A stretch of 51,836 nt of DNA, the filler included, from Ionaspis alba (Eukaryota), in assembly GCA_964255285.1 (NCBI GenBank). It is 2 parts of 2 records of this genome, joined end to end, with 100 filler letters (N's around TTAATTAATTAA, not from the genome) between each part and the next. Parts side by side here need not be neighbours in the genome. Positions count along the whole stretch, not along the records: positions 1 to 25,923 come from CAXUUL010000152.1; 1 more part is not named here. One strand, 5' to 3'. The notes beneath the pieces are model-generated. The model was not told the origin of the DNA and made no database searches. It saw only the letters and a program-made list of their open reading frames with translations. Below are positions 11,023-24,161 of the stretch, one piece after another. The first letter of the stretch is position 1, and every line of letters begins with the position of its first letter. The translations under genes were made by a program, and so were the position numbers.

Positions 11023-13158
11023 ATGTCCCTGGGAAGTATTGCTAGCCCAAGGAGCAGACAATTGACCATCAGAAGTCTTCTTGCGCCTCCCAGGGACGCC
11101 CTTCTCTTCCTTTATCTAGTTTGGCCTAGACCCACAAGATCGTCGGCTTCCGCTGCTCCCGTTACTGCGACTCTTGACTCTGTGACCACGTATGAGCCTA
11201 CGAACGACGACGAATATGGCAGCCTGCAACAAACAGAGTGTTCCAGCTCGCAGGACTTAGTACAATCGCCATCCCTTAAGACTCAGAGAATAGGTACATC
11301 CCGCCGGGCTGGTCGACCTTACCCGGACTCGTCAACAAAACAAATCCTCCAGAAAGGTTCGAACACATGGCGGACGAAACCTATCAAGAAAACCAAGGCT
11401 GCGGCCTCTTCGACCACCGACTTGCTTCTCACAGGGCCAAAATCAATGGAGGAGATATTCCAGGGTCGAATTGGAGATTTGCAAAAGGGCTTCGAATTGG
11501 AGCCTGCTAAAGCTCGTCGAGTTCAGTCGGCGTCAAGGAAATTACAGAATCATAAGGAACGGAAGGTCGCAAGGAATGGTTTGATGAAAGACAAAGGCTT
11601 GTGGTCTTACGACTGGAGGCTCGCATTGAAAGAGCTCCTCCGGCATCAGAGAAGCGCAGCGTCGGAGAGACCTCAGAAAGCCGCTGTTCAAACATATCTG
11701 CTAGGGAAGGCTACCAAGTACTTCCAAGTCCGGGCCGATGCTATACTCGTTCCTGTTGTTTGGTCGAAATCCGCCTTTGCAGCCTACGTTAGGGACGTGG
11801 CCGAGTCCAAAGTCACACGGCTTATGCAACGGCTGCTTTATGGGGAAGAGACAACTCACAATCTCGTCGTTCAACAAATTCTCATGAGAATCTTCCAAGA
11901 TCCATCTCTGAGGCCACACATCACAGTGATATCTCTGGAACCAGCTTTTCAATTTTTCTATCGACACAATTTGATCCCAAATGCTCGCTACCTGTACAAT
12001 CTGATGGAAGAGCTTCAACTTGACATCACGCCTGAGTTATTCAATTTAATGCTGGGAGGTGCAGCTTCTCAGAAGGATCTTCATAACTTCACGTACATAT
12101 TACGGGTAATGATTCAGAAGGGTGTGGAGCCCAACCTTGGAACCTGGATTGCTCTTCTGCGAGCTTTACGTTCTGGAACTGCACGGCTACGTGTAGTCGA
12201 GATTATGCGGCGGGTCGGATTGCTCGATCATCCAGAAAGTATTCGGGGCACTGTCAACCAAATCATCGACATCGAACTTGCCAGGCATGTTAGCAGTGCG
12301 AAGGAGCTGTCGGACTTGATCTCTCGTCTTGATAGTAATTACGGTCCATCGTGGCTTTCGATCTCAGCTGGCAACAAAATCTGCCATGCTTTGGGCGAGG
12401 CAGGTTTCTTGTCCCAGTCGGTCGAGGCACTGCAACTCATGTCCGAAAGGGGTTGCAAGCCAAATAACGTGACGCTGCACATCTTCATCGGTCATTGCAG
12501 ACGTCTGAGACAACCCGAGCATCCCTTGAAGATACTACAGCTTTTCCGATTTGCTTACAGGGTGCAACCCAAGCAAGCCGAGTATGACGCTCTCTTCATG
12601 CTTGCATGGACTTCGCGGTACCTCAACGTTTGCAGAGTGGTCTGGCGTGTAGCCTGTCTTGAGGCAGCCGTCAGCTACAGGATGCAAGAACTCGTCCTCC
12701 GCAGTCTCCTTCGCAATACGCCCGAATTCCCTCAAACAGTGACCGAACACTGGATAAAGCTTGCAGGAAAGGTCATCGTCGGGATCGATCTTGATTTTCA
12801 GAAGACTACCGCTGACACCTCCCGGAAGGATACAGCTGGGGAACAGATTATGGAGAAACTCCTGATATGGGCTCCAAATGGTGACGAGCGAAATTCCTCG
12901 AAGGAGCTGGCAAGTATCGTGCTGAATCGAGATCTCGAGGCAATAAAGCACTACCGCCTAACCTCGGATTTTCTGGACCTTCTCGCCAATGCACTAAAAG
13001 TGGATCAGGAGTGGATTAGCGAGGATGTGATCAAGGAGAAATCTGCGGACTGGATTCTGCGACACTCGACCAGTGTTCCATATCAACGACGCAGACCCCT
13101 TCCAAGTATATTAAGTCCGTCAATAGTAAATACTCATATGGAAATTTATTTTATTTAG
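11023..13158 (+). CDS. Pentatricopeptide-repeat (PPR) protein, probably mitochondrial RNA-binding
   Basis: 711-aa ORF with Arg/Ser-rich presequence-like N-terminus and PPR-like units (ITPELFNLMLGGAA..MIQKGVEPNLGTWIALL; MSERGCKPNNVTLHIFIGHC). Confidence 0.8.
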   Translation: MSLGSIASPRSRQLTIRSLLAPPRDALLFLYLVWPRPTRSSASAAPVTATLDSVTTYEPTNDDEYGSLQQTECSSSQDLVQSPSLKTQRIGTSRRAGRPYPDSSTKQILQKGSNTWRTKPIKKTKAAASSTTDLLLTGPKSMEEIFQGRIGDLQKGFELEPAKARRVQSASRKLQNHKERKVARNGLMKDKGLWSYDWRLALKELLRHQRSAASERPQKAAVQTYLLGKATKYFQVRADAILVPVVWSKSAFAAYVRDVAESKVTRLMQRLLYGEETTHNLVVQQILMRIFQDPSLRPHITVISLEPAFQFFYRHNLIPNARYLYNLMEELQLDITPELFNLMLGGAASQKDLHNFTYILRVMIQKGVEPNLGTWIALLRALRSGTARLRVVEIMRRVGLLDHPESIRGTVNQIIDIELARHVSSAKELSDLISRLDSNYGPSWLSISAGNKICHALGEAGFLSQSVEALQLMSERGCKPNNVTLHIFIGHCRRLRQPEHPLKILQLFRFAYRVQPKQAEYDALFMLAWTSRYLNVCRVVWRVACLEAAVSYRMQELVLRSLLRNTPEFPQTVTEHWIKLAGKVIVGIDLDFQKTTADTSRKDTAGEQIMEKLLIWAPNGDERNSSKELASIVLNRDLEAIKHYRLTSDFLDLLANALKVDQEWISEDVIKEKSADWILRHSTSVPYQRRRPLPSILSPSIVNTHMEIYFI

Positions 13159-13525
13159 CTTCTTGACCAGCGTGTGGAACTGATCTTACCAATAATCCCT
13201 TGTGTTATCCTTCCAAGCAATTCGCTTCAGCAAGTTTTCCAGGAAGCTGACTATTCAGACGAAGCCTGATAGGATCCTAAGATCATTGCGGAAAAGCCTT
13301 GTATATCGTGTGTCAATTCGCCGGCAATAGATTAATAGGCGAACGAGTGAGTAGACTCAATCCAGCATAAACCATATCTTCTTCATTCATTCATAACCTT
13401 CAACTTTCATATCGACACTCGAATCAAGATTTCTCAATGTAAACATTCAACATCCTTAGCGCACCTTTCCAGCAAGCAAAGGTTCAATACCGATTAAGTC
13501 TTCGTGTTCACCGATAGCGCGAACA

Positions 13526-14422
13526 ATGGCTTTTCCTCAATCGCCAAAAGATGTACCCTCCTCAGCTGTGTCTCTCCCTGTTCGGCCTGTACTGCAGCAG
13601 TCTTCGCTTGCGACAGTAGCAGCACCACGAAGCGACGTCATAGCCTCGGCTGTAAGTGGATCTCCTCCTTTGGCTTTACATGGAACACCTAAATCAACCC
13701 TTCTCAACTAAACATCATTGCAGATATCTCCCGTGTTCTCCTCCCGTGCGAGATTCTTTTGCCTACCTCTCGAGCTCAGACTTAAGGTCTACCACTACCT
13801 CTATGGTACAGGTGCGACATACGCTGCAGTCCCTCTAAGTCGACGCACCGGTCCGAACCGTTCATGGCGCCGCAATAAGAGCCGCAAGCACGACTCTCGC
13901 CTGCCATCTGGTCTCCTACTTGCCTGCTGCGCCACTTTCGCGGAGGCTGCCCCGATCTTCTACAGCCAAAATACCTTTAGGCTAGCATATGATGCCAAAT
14001 CCAATCTACCACATGTTGTGGCTTTGGGACATCTGGCACTCATCAAGAACATCGTGCTAGATCTACATTTCAATCGCACGGGCAAGGCCTATCAGCAGCT
14101 TTTGGATGATCTGAATAAAAAGTACTTGCCAGCCATGAGCAGGCTAGAATTCGTGAAGGTGAAGCCGGGCGGGAAAGATCTCGAGAGCAAGGTCTCGGGA
14201 TTTGTGAGAACTCTTTGCTCGTTGCTCAAAGGGCAACTGAAGCCACTGAAGAAAGTGATTCTTGTTTGCGAAGGAAGTGAGGAGCAGCAGCGTATCGCTC
14301 GAGGTATCTTATCGTACCCTCGAAAACAGGGCGAAAACGTGGTCCCTGGCAGCGGAATGGAATGGTGGAAAATGAACTTCGAACTTCAGACGTCAGAGGA
14401 AAGTATGATTGTGAGCCGCTAA
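13526..14422 (+). CDS. F-box-like uncharacterised protein (same family), copy 2; 2 exons
   Basis: Phase-0 intron 13652-13723 (GTAAGT..CAG). Motifs RFFCLPLELRLKVYHYLY and LLLACCATFAEAAPIFYSQNTFRL. Confidence 0.75.
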
Positions 14423-14590
14423 TCGGCGTGAAATTACCGATTTGAAGATAGCCATCGCTGTCTCTGGCTTGCCAGGGTGGTACCTGAAATGAGCCGTTTC
14501 GTTTGATACACAAGCAGCTACAAGCGACAATAAAGTTTGGTCCTATTATCCTAATTGTATCTATGAATGTACCGCTAAAGCTGCTCGTGT

Positions 14591-15516
14591 CTAGTCAGAC
14601 TCAACCAGCCTGTAAGGTCCACATTCTAACTCCTCAATCCACCTCACGATCTCTGTGTATCGGTCGTAAGACTCCCACAGCTTGATACTAGCTGTCGCTG
14701 GCTTCAAATCGGTCCAGTTTAAGTCAATGCCCCTTCTTACACAGTACCATAGCTTTGTTCGAACAGTCTGCGTATCGTCAAATTCGATGAATCGAAGCGG
14801 CTAACATAAATGTCAGTAGCTTACTCCTAAGAGACCATCGAGTAACATACCTTGCTCTTTGTCATCTTCATAGTATCCACATCGGCCAATGTCACTCTGC
14901 CTTCGCCTTCGGGGTAAATCCTGTGCGCAAGCAATGCTCGCGAACTCTTCACCTTGTTCAGCAAAGCAGCAAGGACGAGCTCGTCATGGGCGACGCCAGG
15001 TTGCTTGACAGGTTCCTGATCAGGTTCTCGGTGTAGTAATGCTATCGATCGGACACCAGTCACCTTGTACAAGGCCTCCATCAAGTTCACAGCAATATCG
15101 GCGTTGCTGCGGATAGCTCTTCTCACCTGCTCTGTCGTGAATCTTACCTCCACTTTCCGTATCAATTGACGATTCGAGGCACCCACGCGACCTAGCCAAT
15201 TAGATTGGAACGGGCCAACCAATTCCGAGGAGAGCACGAAAGTATTGTTCCCATACAAGATGGGAGAAGCCTCGGTATGGAAGAGTCGGCACACTCGAAG
15301 CATTCTGGCATCGACCTGTCTCGTACAGAGACGCTTCTCTGGTGGTGAACGATTCCAAGCTCTATGCTGGCGACGTCTGACCTCGTCCTTGGGCGACAGA
15401 TCAATCTGGTCCACGGACAGCACTTCATGGTATATCTGGTTTCGGATTTCTGCTGGGATCCTAGAGAACGGACCTGCTTCAGGGCGAGCGATTCTCGAAA
15501 TGGTCTGGGAAGGCAT
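14591..15516 (-). CDS. F-box-like uncharacterised protein (same family), copy 3; 2 exons
   Basis: PFSRIPAEIRNQIYHEVL and MLRVCRLFHTEASPILYGNNTFVL. Intron 14801-14850 (GTATGT..CTGAC..TAG) adds an open 69-codon last exon ending at TAG 14591. Confidence 0.78.
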
Positions 15517-16167
15517 GGTGGTTGATGGAGAAAGAATTTATGCGGAGAATGTTCAGGGGCAAGTAGTTGATCAATAAATTAGGGATGGAGATATTCAATT
15601 ACAGATGTTTGAGTAGGAGCAGAGAGCAGGGGATGTTGATATACACGAGCATGAGTCAAATATATACAGAATTCGCGAGTAGTCCAAACCAAAATCGACA
15701 TTAAGGAAGGTGAAAGGTGTCGAACCATGGTAATGCAGGAAATTTGACAATGTAGTTATAATGGCCACCTGAAGACTATTTATTCTTCTTCATATCACCG
15801 AATTGCGCGCAAAACATGACAGCGATGACTCTGCGAGAAGGTGCAGTATATCAGGGAACATAGATTCTCAGAGGTGAATCGCATGGGATGTTGGTGGTTT
15901 GATACTATGACCTGATCGTTTGTCGCAATGCAAACTTCAGTCCTCTATTCGTACAGTAGCAAATGCTATATTTTGTGAAGACGTTGACTATGCCGAATTC
16001 TATTAATAGAGGTGCGATCCGAGAAGGGATTCGGTGCCTGGTTAAGGCTGAAATCTTGGCATCGCGGCTCATAAGCTTATTGGAAATTGTTTCCAACGTC
16101 ATTTCGAAACATTCCTAACATGCCGCAATCGCGTTGGTCATGACCTCTTATTTCTACTACCGCTACC

Positions 16168-17288
16168 ATGGACACGCAAGACTTCGGCCAGATGGTTGAC
16201 GAGAAGCATCTAGCTCCATCCCCCTATTCCGCCGAGTCCCGAAAATCTCACGATCACAATATCACCCAAGACTCCCACCCTTCAACAGCTTCCTACCTCG
16301 CCTACCCAGTCTCTCACGTCGTATCTGGCCTGTACCGACGGCTAACCGAACCCTCGATTCCCTCCTCGCCCTCGCAGTTAAAGACAATGCACTACCGCTC
16401 TCATGATGACATGAACGGAAATGGCGGTGTCTACACGCCTCCCATGCGCACAGCTTCGCCCTTCCAACCACCTCCTCTCACACCCCTCAGTCTCCGGGGC
16501 GTTCATTCGAGCACCTCCACCTCCGCTCAAATTCTCAACCGCACCCTCGGCGAAGAGATCCGACTGCTCGTACCTCCTCGCCTGCAACTCGTCGAGAACT
16601 GGACCCTCGTCTACAGCGTCGAGCAAGATGGCACGAGTCTCGGTACGCTCTACAGTAAGTGCGAAGCGTACTCGAGCAGAAACAAAGGTTTTATTCTCGT
16701 CATCCGCGACGGCGTAGGAGGAGTATGCTCTTCCCCCATCCTTTCCCCACCGCTTCATTACCCCTTCCCCTCAATTCAGCACAACCCAGCTGACAGCTCC
16801 TCCTTCCCCACCAGATCTTCGGCGCGTTCTTGACCGACCCTCCCCACCCCTCTCCGCACTACTACGGCACAGGCGAATGCTTCCTCTGGCGCGCCTCCGT
16901 TCTACCCACGGCCGCCATCCTTTCTTCCTTACCTCCACCTCCTAGTGCCGACACCACAAACTTGCAGCGCAGTACGACGATCGCGTCGCGCCAAAAGTCA
17001 TCCTCCAATAAATCCAGAAATGCAAATTCGCAGCGGTCTGGAACCAGTACCCCTGAGCGGATACGGTTCAAAGCATTTCCGTACAGTGGGGTCAATGATT
17101 ATATGATATTCTGCGAATCTGGGTACCTGAGCGTTGGGGGTGGAGATGGGCGATATGGGCTTTGGTTGGATGGGGTACTGGAGAGAGGAATTAGTAGTCA
17201 CTGCTTGACGTTTGGGAATGAGGGGTTGAGTGAGGAGGGGGAGAAGTTCGAGGTTGTTGGGGTGGAGGTGTGGTATGTTGGGACATAA
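16168..17288 (+). CDS. OXR1: Oxidation resistance protein 1 (TLDc domain); 2 exons
   Basis: EEIRLLVPPRLQL..W.LVYS.EQDG.SL.TLY; intron 16723-16814; IFGAFLTDPPHPSPHYYGTGECFLW..FKAFPYSGVNDY..SVGGGDGRYGLWLD..CLTFGNE..FEVVGVEVW. Confidence 0.93.
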
Positions 17289-17638
17289 GGGAGCTGTCTT
17301 GCACGGATCTGGTCCTAAGGGAGAATGAAAAAGAGATATCCTATTTGCTGGGAATTTTGGACTCGGGCGGCGCGAATTGGGGTTTGTGGCCAGGTAATCA
17401 TAGCGGAACCACTGGAACCACAGCTTTGTGGGAAGGGACATACTCGGAGTTGGTGACTTCTTTCAAAGTGCATGGAAACCAACTATCTACCACTATCTAA
17501 CTTGCGCTCATTGCATCTGGTGCCAGGGGATATCATCGATGAACAAATTACAAAGCCTTGTCCCTAATCATCCGCAGTTAAGCCAAGAAAAGCAAATTCC
17601 CTAAACAAAATCCGTACGCTCGATCCTAACAGGCGGTC

Positions 17639-20200
17639 TCAGTAAGGTGAATTGACAATCTCCTCTCTGGCCAACTTTGAGCTCAGCCTCCCGCTACCCC
17701 TACCACTCGTTCGCGCAGGCGTCATGATACTCTCCCTGGTCGGCTTCTTGAAACTTTGCTTCGCGACCATATTGACCTCGTTGGGAAGGGCAACAATGAC
17801 GTTCTTGTCGCTGCCATACTTGAAGTCGTCGGCTTTGACCTCTTCCGCATAGCGCTTAATGGTGTACACTTCTTTCTTGCCATCAAGCACTTTCTTCATA
17901 TTCCAAGTCACGATAAATGGACCTGTTGCAGTGATGATTGACGTCTCCTTGTTGTCGAGACCGGTGTTGAATCGAGCAGGGGTAAATGAAATCGGAGCTT
18001 TGGTCTCGTGCTGGAATTGTGCCACGTGCGAGGGCTGTAGACCCAGTCGTCTCGGTTGTGGCTTGGAGTCTTTGGCGAAGGCTTTCTCGAAGCCGAGTTT
18101 CCCCTCGTTCTTGCCATCTTTTTGCAGAGAATCAATCAGGAGTAGGTATGTGCGGCATGTAGCGAGGACCCAGCGGCCGTCGGCGGAGACATCGAGACCG
18201 ATGATAGGGTCGCCCAGAGCAGGAATGTGTGTTTTCGCGTTGATGCCCAGGCGATCAAACATGCGAATGTCACCCTTGTTCGATGCAACTGCAATGTAGC
18301 CTTTCTCAGTCGTGGCTGCGGCAGAGAAGTCGTTCTTAGATGCATATTGTTTGAGCTCCGAGTCGACAAGCTTGTTGCCGGAAAGGCGGGGATCGATACG
18401 GTAGAGAGCGTTCTTGGACAGACCTAGGAAGGTCTGCTCGCCAGTCATCTGAGAAAATTTCTGCGGATAGTTAGCGCTCCGTTTCTCACTTCAGAAGAAC
18501 TTTGAGAGACGTACCTTTTCTGGTGCAAAGGTATTCACTGGAATGTCATCGTGGACCTTCCACTCATCGACAACCTTTCCGTACTCAAGATCCATGCGGT
18601 AGAGGGAGTGGGGATCAGCTTCATTCTGGAGGATCATGTTGGTATCCTCCGCGTGAAGCATAACTTTCTTCGGGCTAAAGAGCTTCCCTTTGCGTGTTTC
18701 GACTTTCGAGATATTGGTCGAGAACTCCAAATTGTTGTTCGGAGTATGCTTGAAGACACCAATCTTGGATCCCCGCACCACAAACGACCGATCGTGCTTG
18801 TAGCCTACAGCTAGTTGAGAGTTGACATTGCCATCGCTGTCTCGTACCACGACATCATCATCAGACTCATCGCTGTCGTAATGCTCACTTCGTTGTCCGT
18901 CATCCTCGACCGGTTCAGCTTCCTCTTCTTCCTCAGGGGCATCCTCCATGGTGAGATCCTGGAAAGCGTCCAGAACATATTGTCGATCGTCTGGTTTGTT
19001 CTTCGCCCATTTCATCTCGTTCAGCTGTTCCCAGAGCGCTTGCATAAGGCCTTCTTGGAAGCGTTCTTCCGTCTGTTGGTCCTTGAACCGGAGTAGCCAT
19101 GAATATGCCGAGCCATCATCTGTGTAGTGATTGAAGATGAAAGACAGATATTCAAAATTGAAGACCGGGTTGATATCTGCAATAACAGGTTGGCCCAGCC
19201 AATCTTTTTCGTCGCTTGAAATTTGCAGCCAGTATTGCCATTTCCCGGTCTCGGAAACGATAGCCGTAACAGAAGGATCTTGAATTATGAAGGTACCAGA
19301 TTGGTGATCGAACAAGTGTAACTCTGCCTTTTCCTTCGTCAGGACCTCGAGCCCTTCAGGCTGCTTCGCTGAAGGTGGTGCTGCAGTGGGAGTCTCTTCT
19401 CTAGCAGGCAGGATGGCTTTCTTGGACGGCTTCGAAGCCGTCTTGTCCTTCGTGGGCGTCGAAGATGGGTCTGCATGCCCTCTGGTATTCGAAGATGGAG
19501 GATTAGCCGATGCCTGAAGGATGGGGCTTGAAGCCGGACTAGCGCTAGGGATCGGCTGCTCGTTGAAACTGAACTGCTTCAGGTCTCTCTCCGTTGCCGT
19601 CTCATTTGACTTGCGGTACTTCCTTTCATACTGGCACTTGATAGCGACCATCTCAAACGTTGCAACTTCACCCGCGGGAACCGAGTCATCGCAAACAAAT
19701 TCATAGAGATCTCCTGGGTCTCCACTGAGGTCTCGCCATGCAAGAACCTTCTCCCCTCCCTCTCTGATTTCAGATCGGAACTGTAAACCCTGATCCAGAA
19801 GGAACGTCTCCTCGTCTTTATCCGTGCCCAAGCTTTCCGCTACTCCATCTTCGTCGCGTTCTTCGGCAAGGAGTTCCTCTTCGCCTTCTTCGTACGCTCG
19901 TTGTATCACGAGCTGGTACTGAAACTCCTGCCCCGTCCGTCGTATGGATGCTGCAGCATCTTTGAAGATAAGTTCCGAGTAGCCCTTCGGTGACAAAGGC
20001 CGAACGAGGTAGAGCTGGCCTTGCGGAATTTCAATGATAGACTCCTTCGAAGCATCACCAAAGAGATATTTGGTCACTATGTACGCCGAAGCGACAAGTT
20101 AGCATTCAATCTCGACGTTTCATACAAGACGGGGGATATGTAAACAAAACCCCGCCGGGGTATATTGACAGTGATCCTTACCATTTCTAAGCATAAACAT
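17639..20200 (-). CDS. VID27: Vacuolar import and degradation protein 27; 3 exons
   Basis: MFMLRNV/TKYLFG..IIEIPQGQLYLVRPLSPKGYSELIFKDA..NSQLAVGYKHDRSFVVRG..LYRMDLEYGKVVDEW..AKTHIPALGDPI; introns 20077-20181 and 18461-18514. Confidence 0.92.
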
Positions 20201-20653
20201 GGCTGCGGTCGATCTGGAGAAGGGCTGAACTTAGAATCAGATGAGTTATGTCCTGCGACATGGCATGCTGCCAGGTACCGAGACAGGTCGTGCTAGTGAG
20301 GGCAGAAAGAATGTCGCGGGAAGGTGTGTTGCGGGAAATCCGAGGTGACGCAGATGTGGCGCAGAGTAGGCAGCTTCAATCTACTAGTCAACCACACAGC
20401 CACATTTTGCATTTAGCTTTGAGCGAAATGAGCAGGCATCACCAATGAAGAATCCATGCACGCCACATATATAGATTTCACAGAGCTTTAATGGAATGAA
20501 AAGCAGCTAGACATGCTTCTTTGTCACTCATTCCAATGTCTTGATTTAACAGCACGATCCTCCCGGTACCGATATGCACGCAGCTAACCCCCCAATCCTC
20601 CATACGCAATGCTGAACTCCGTACGTGATGCCTTGATCGTTCGTCCGTGCCAT

Positions 20654-23226
20654 TCAAAACAACCCAAGCAGATCCTCGTTAGTTTTCTTCCCTCCTCCCG
20701 ACGACAGCTGCTGCAGAGGTGGTGGAGGCTGACTCGCCCCAGACATATCAAGCCCCGCAAATCCATTTAGGATGTCTTGATTACTCTCCGAAAGACCCAT
20801 ACCATTCGACAAGCCCATAAGATCATTCAGATTGTTGCCGCCTATAGCTGACGCAGACCGCCCGTTCTGGACAGCGGGAGAAGCCACCCGCTGCGGCGTG
20901 CCTGCCAGGCCTTCTAGCCCCGACATACCCACTGCTGGTGACTTCTGGGCCGATGCAGGAGCTGCGCCATCGAAATCGATGTCTAGGAGGTTCTCCATGT
21001 TATTTTGCGTAGAAGGACCGGAGCCGGATACGGCTGCTGCCGCCGCCGCCGCTGCCAGTGGATTTTCCCGAGCGTTCTCCATTGCCTCTCTAAAGACTTC
21101 GTCAGCAGCCTGCGGGTCTTAGATCTGTATGTGGAAACGTACTCTATAGCGGCTTTCTGCACAGCATCGGCACCGTACTTGCCATGCCCGATGAAGGTCT
21201 CAGGAGGCTTGTGGTAAACTGACGCAAGCGTCGACAGCTCTCCGATCAGCTGGTCAAGAAGAGCTGTTGGTAATGACTGAATTGTGGTGATAATGGGAGG
21301 CTTAACGGAGAGTACGACGCTTTGTGCGACTTGGGCACTACTCGAGAGCAAACGCCAGTATACGTAGGCTCGATCTCGTACATCTGGATTATCGTTCTCT
21401 GCTGTTGCAGATTGAAAGATTTTTTGCACCAGGTTCTGTGCCTGCGAGTCATTAGGCTTTTTTAGGAACAGTTTAACCACGGCTGTAAGGATTTGAAGCT
21501 GCGTCTGCACGATTCGTCAATACAAGAACTTAGTAGATTGAGGATTTGTCCATACCTGTGTAAATTCCTCCATGAAACCATCCACGAAACCAGCAAGGAT
21601 ATCACCGGCATTACTAATCTTCTCCGCATACTCCCCGACGATCCATATCAACGATCCTCTGGCATTTGGTTCGTCCAACTCATCAATGCATTGACAAAGT
21701 GTAGGGATGATCCCTTCGTATCCAGGGTATTTCCGAAATATATCCTTGATCACAACGATGGCCTCTTGGACCACGTAATTGACCTTGGTATTGATAAGGT
21801 CCAACAAAGTATTAACGCATTTCTCGCTCGCACTTTCGATCTTGATAGCTACTTGTCCAATAGCTTTGACGGCCCTTTTGACAATGTCCATGTCAACTTC
21901 CAATGCGTATTCTTTGAGTTCAGCAAGGAGCTGGTCCACATTCTTATCATTAGATATCCGAACCATGATTTCAAGCTTTTCGAACTTGATGTAAGAGGGA
22001 TCGTTGTATTTGCAGAAAAAGACTCTGAGCTCCTTGCTTAGGATATCAGGTTGTTTTTGTAGGATGAGGTCGATGTTACGTAAAGCAACATATTGGACCT
22101 CAGATGGAGAAGAGACAAGTGTGACTGCGAGATGTTAGCAGTCAAGTAGATCAAGAGGCAGAACCATGGCGCAAACCAAGTGGTGGAGCCATCTTTTTGA
22201 GGTAGGTCTTTGCTGCTTCAGGGTTGATATATCTCATGTGAAGAAATACTGCCTTCACTGCTGCAAGAACAACCGCGGGATTGACATGCTGAAATTGCGG
22301 AGATATTCGTTCACAGATGTGCTCAGCCTCTTTGACATCTTGTGCTCTATAATCGGCCAATGTTGAAAGTATAGTGACTCTCCCCCACTCCGTACACTCG
22401 TTGAGAGCCATGAGCATCTTTTTGAGGGTATTCGGAGTAATCTGCAGCGCTCTCGTCTCTGGTGCCGCTTCGCCTATCTCTGCCAGCGCCGTGACAGCGT
22501 TGGCGACGACCATGGGATTCGGATCACCTATCAGTTCCTGCAACGTTTCGAGGAAACCATTCTCCAAGCACAGACTCGGGTTTAGATCAAAGAGTTTGGC
22601 GACACAAATTGCTGCTGTTTTCCGCACATAGGGCGACTCATCGCGCAATGTTTTCCTGAGCGGCTCCTCCATGTAATCAACCATCTTCTCTACCCTGATG
22701 CAGCCCATTGTCCTTATGGCCAATGCCCTGATAAGAGGGTTTGGGTCTTCGGCATCTTGGACGAAAGTGTTGACTGCAAGAATGCATAGATCTGGATGGG
22801 ATTTTGCGTAGTTCCTGGGCAATTTCAGCAGCTAAGACTTTAGAATGCAGGAGGTCGTGAGGTTGAGCCTTACATTAAATAGAGATAAACCAGCTTCTTT
22901 TGATCGAGATCACCCGTAGCTATGTTTTTGAGAACGTCTGGGAAAAGTGCTGACACATCCTTGCCCAGGGTCATGGACATAATCGTCTTTTGAATAGCTT
23001 CTTTCCTGAGAAATGCCTTAGCGACATCTTTGTATTTCCTTCGAAGAAGTGACCATACCTTTCATAGGCATACTGAGACCTATCAGGCGCCGCTCAAGTC
23101 AGCCTTCTTTTCCACCAAGGACGTAAGCCGCAGGTTTTGGTCCACATACACCAAGCCCGCCCGAAGCTCAAAGGTTTCTCCTTTTCTAGGTACGGCGAAA
23201 GCCCCCCTGATTCTATTTACCGCCAT
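20654..23226 (-). CDS. APL2: AP-1 adaptor complex beta subunit; 7 exons including a 21-nt micro-exon
   Basis: [127 protein letters not shown]. Confidence 0.92.
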
Positions 23227-24161
23227 ATTTGCAGCTCCGGTTGAGGCCGCGACGCAAGCCACGCCTGTCTACCTTCGTCGCTGTAGTCGGTTTCAAAGGA
23301 GTTCAAGGGCTAATTAGGTTGTGATTTCAATTCCGGAAAAGGGTGTCGCATGTATCGTCGCGAGCATGCCTGTGTCTATTGTTGAGGCAGCGGTTGGGGT
23401 AAGAAACGTTTAAGGCAAGAGGTAAGAAGCGTTGTTCTGAGTGGCGTGGGGTGTTGTGATGTAGCTGTCGATATCGAAGAAGCCTTATAGTTTGATCGGT
23501 ATGCTACGAGCATAAGTCTTGGCACAAGTGGACAAGCTTAGCGAAGCAAGGTTCATGATTGTTTCCTTATTTTCCTTACAACCAAAGGTGCGACTAAAAT
23601 CGAGAAACCGATTCTATTACCTGCCCACCATACATGCCTGGCATGGAAGGAAGGTTTGTAGGGAGGGGAATATGTAACATAAGTGCCTTCGGCGCTCATA
23701 TAACATTATCACGCTGTCTTCACAAACACAAGCATACCCCGGTTGAGTCCAATACGTAGTACTTGACTCAAGGCTATTTGCTCGTAGCTACGCCTAGTTC
23801 TAACACAGAATCATACTTGGCCGCTTTCCTCGCACACTGAGAGGTCTTGCTGGGTTGTTCCTGCCCCTATCTCTCAAAAGTGGCCTTGAACGAGAACAGT
23901 TCGGTTGTGTCTCGTCCACCACAATGTATTGTTCCGTCTCATCTCGCCGCCAAACCTTACAGCGACTGCCGGAAAAGAAGTCAAACTATTTCATTGTTGT
24001 CCTGGGCGTTTCCTGCGACAGTTCTTCCTCAATTCCAATCCTGCGTCTGACGCTTAACGCCGTCACCGTCTTTGTGGCCGACTTTGCATCTTGCGTGATT
24101 TATTGCCATTAGCACCCCGTCATCAAACATGGCGTAGAAGATTTTTGAATGATGACTATCC

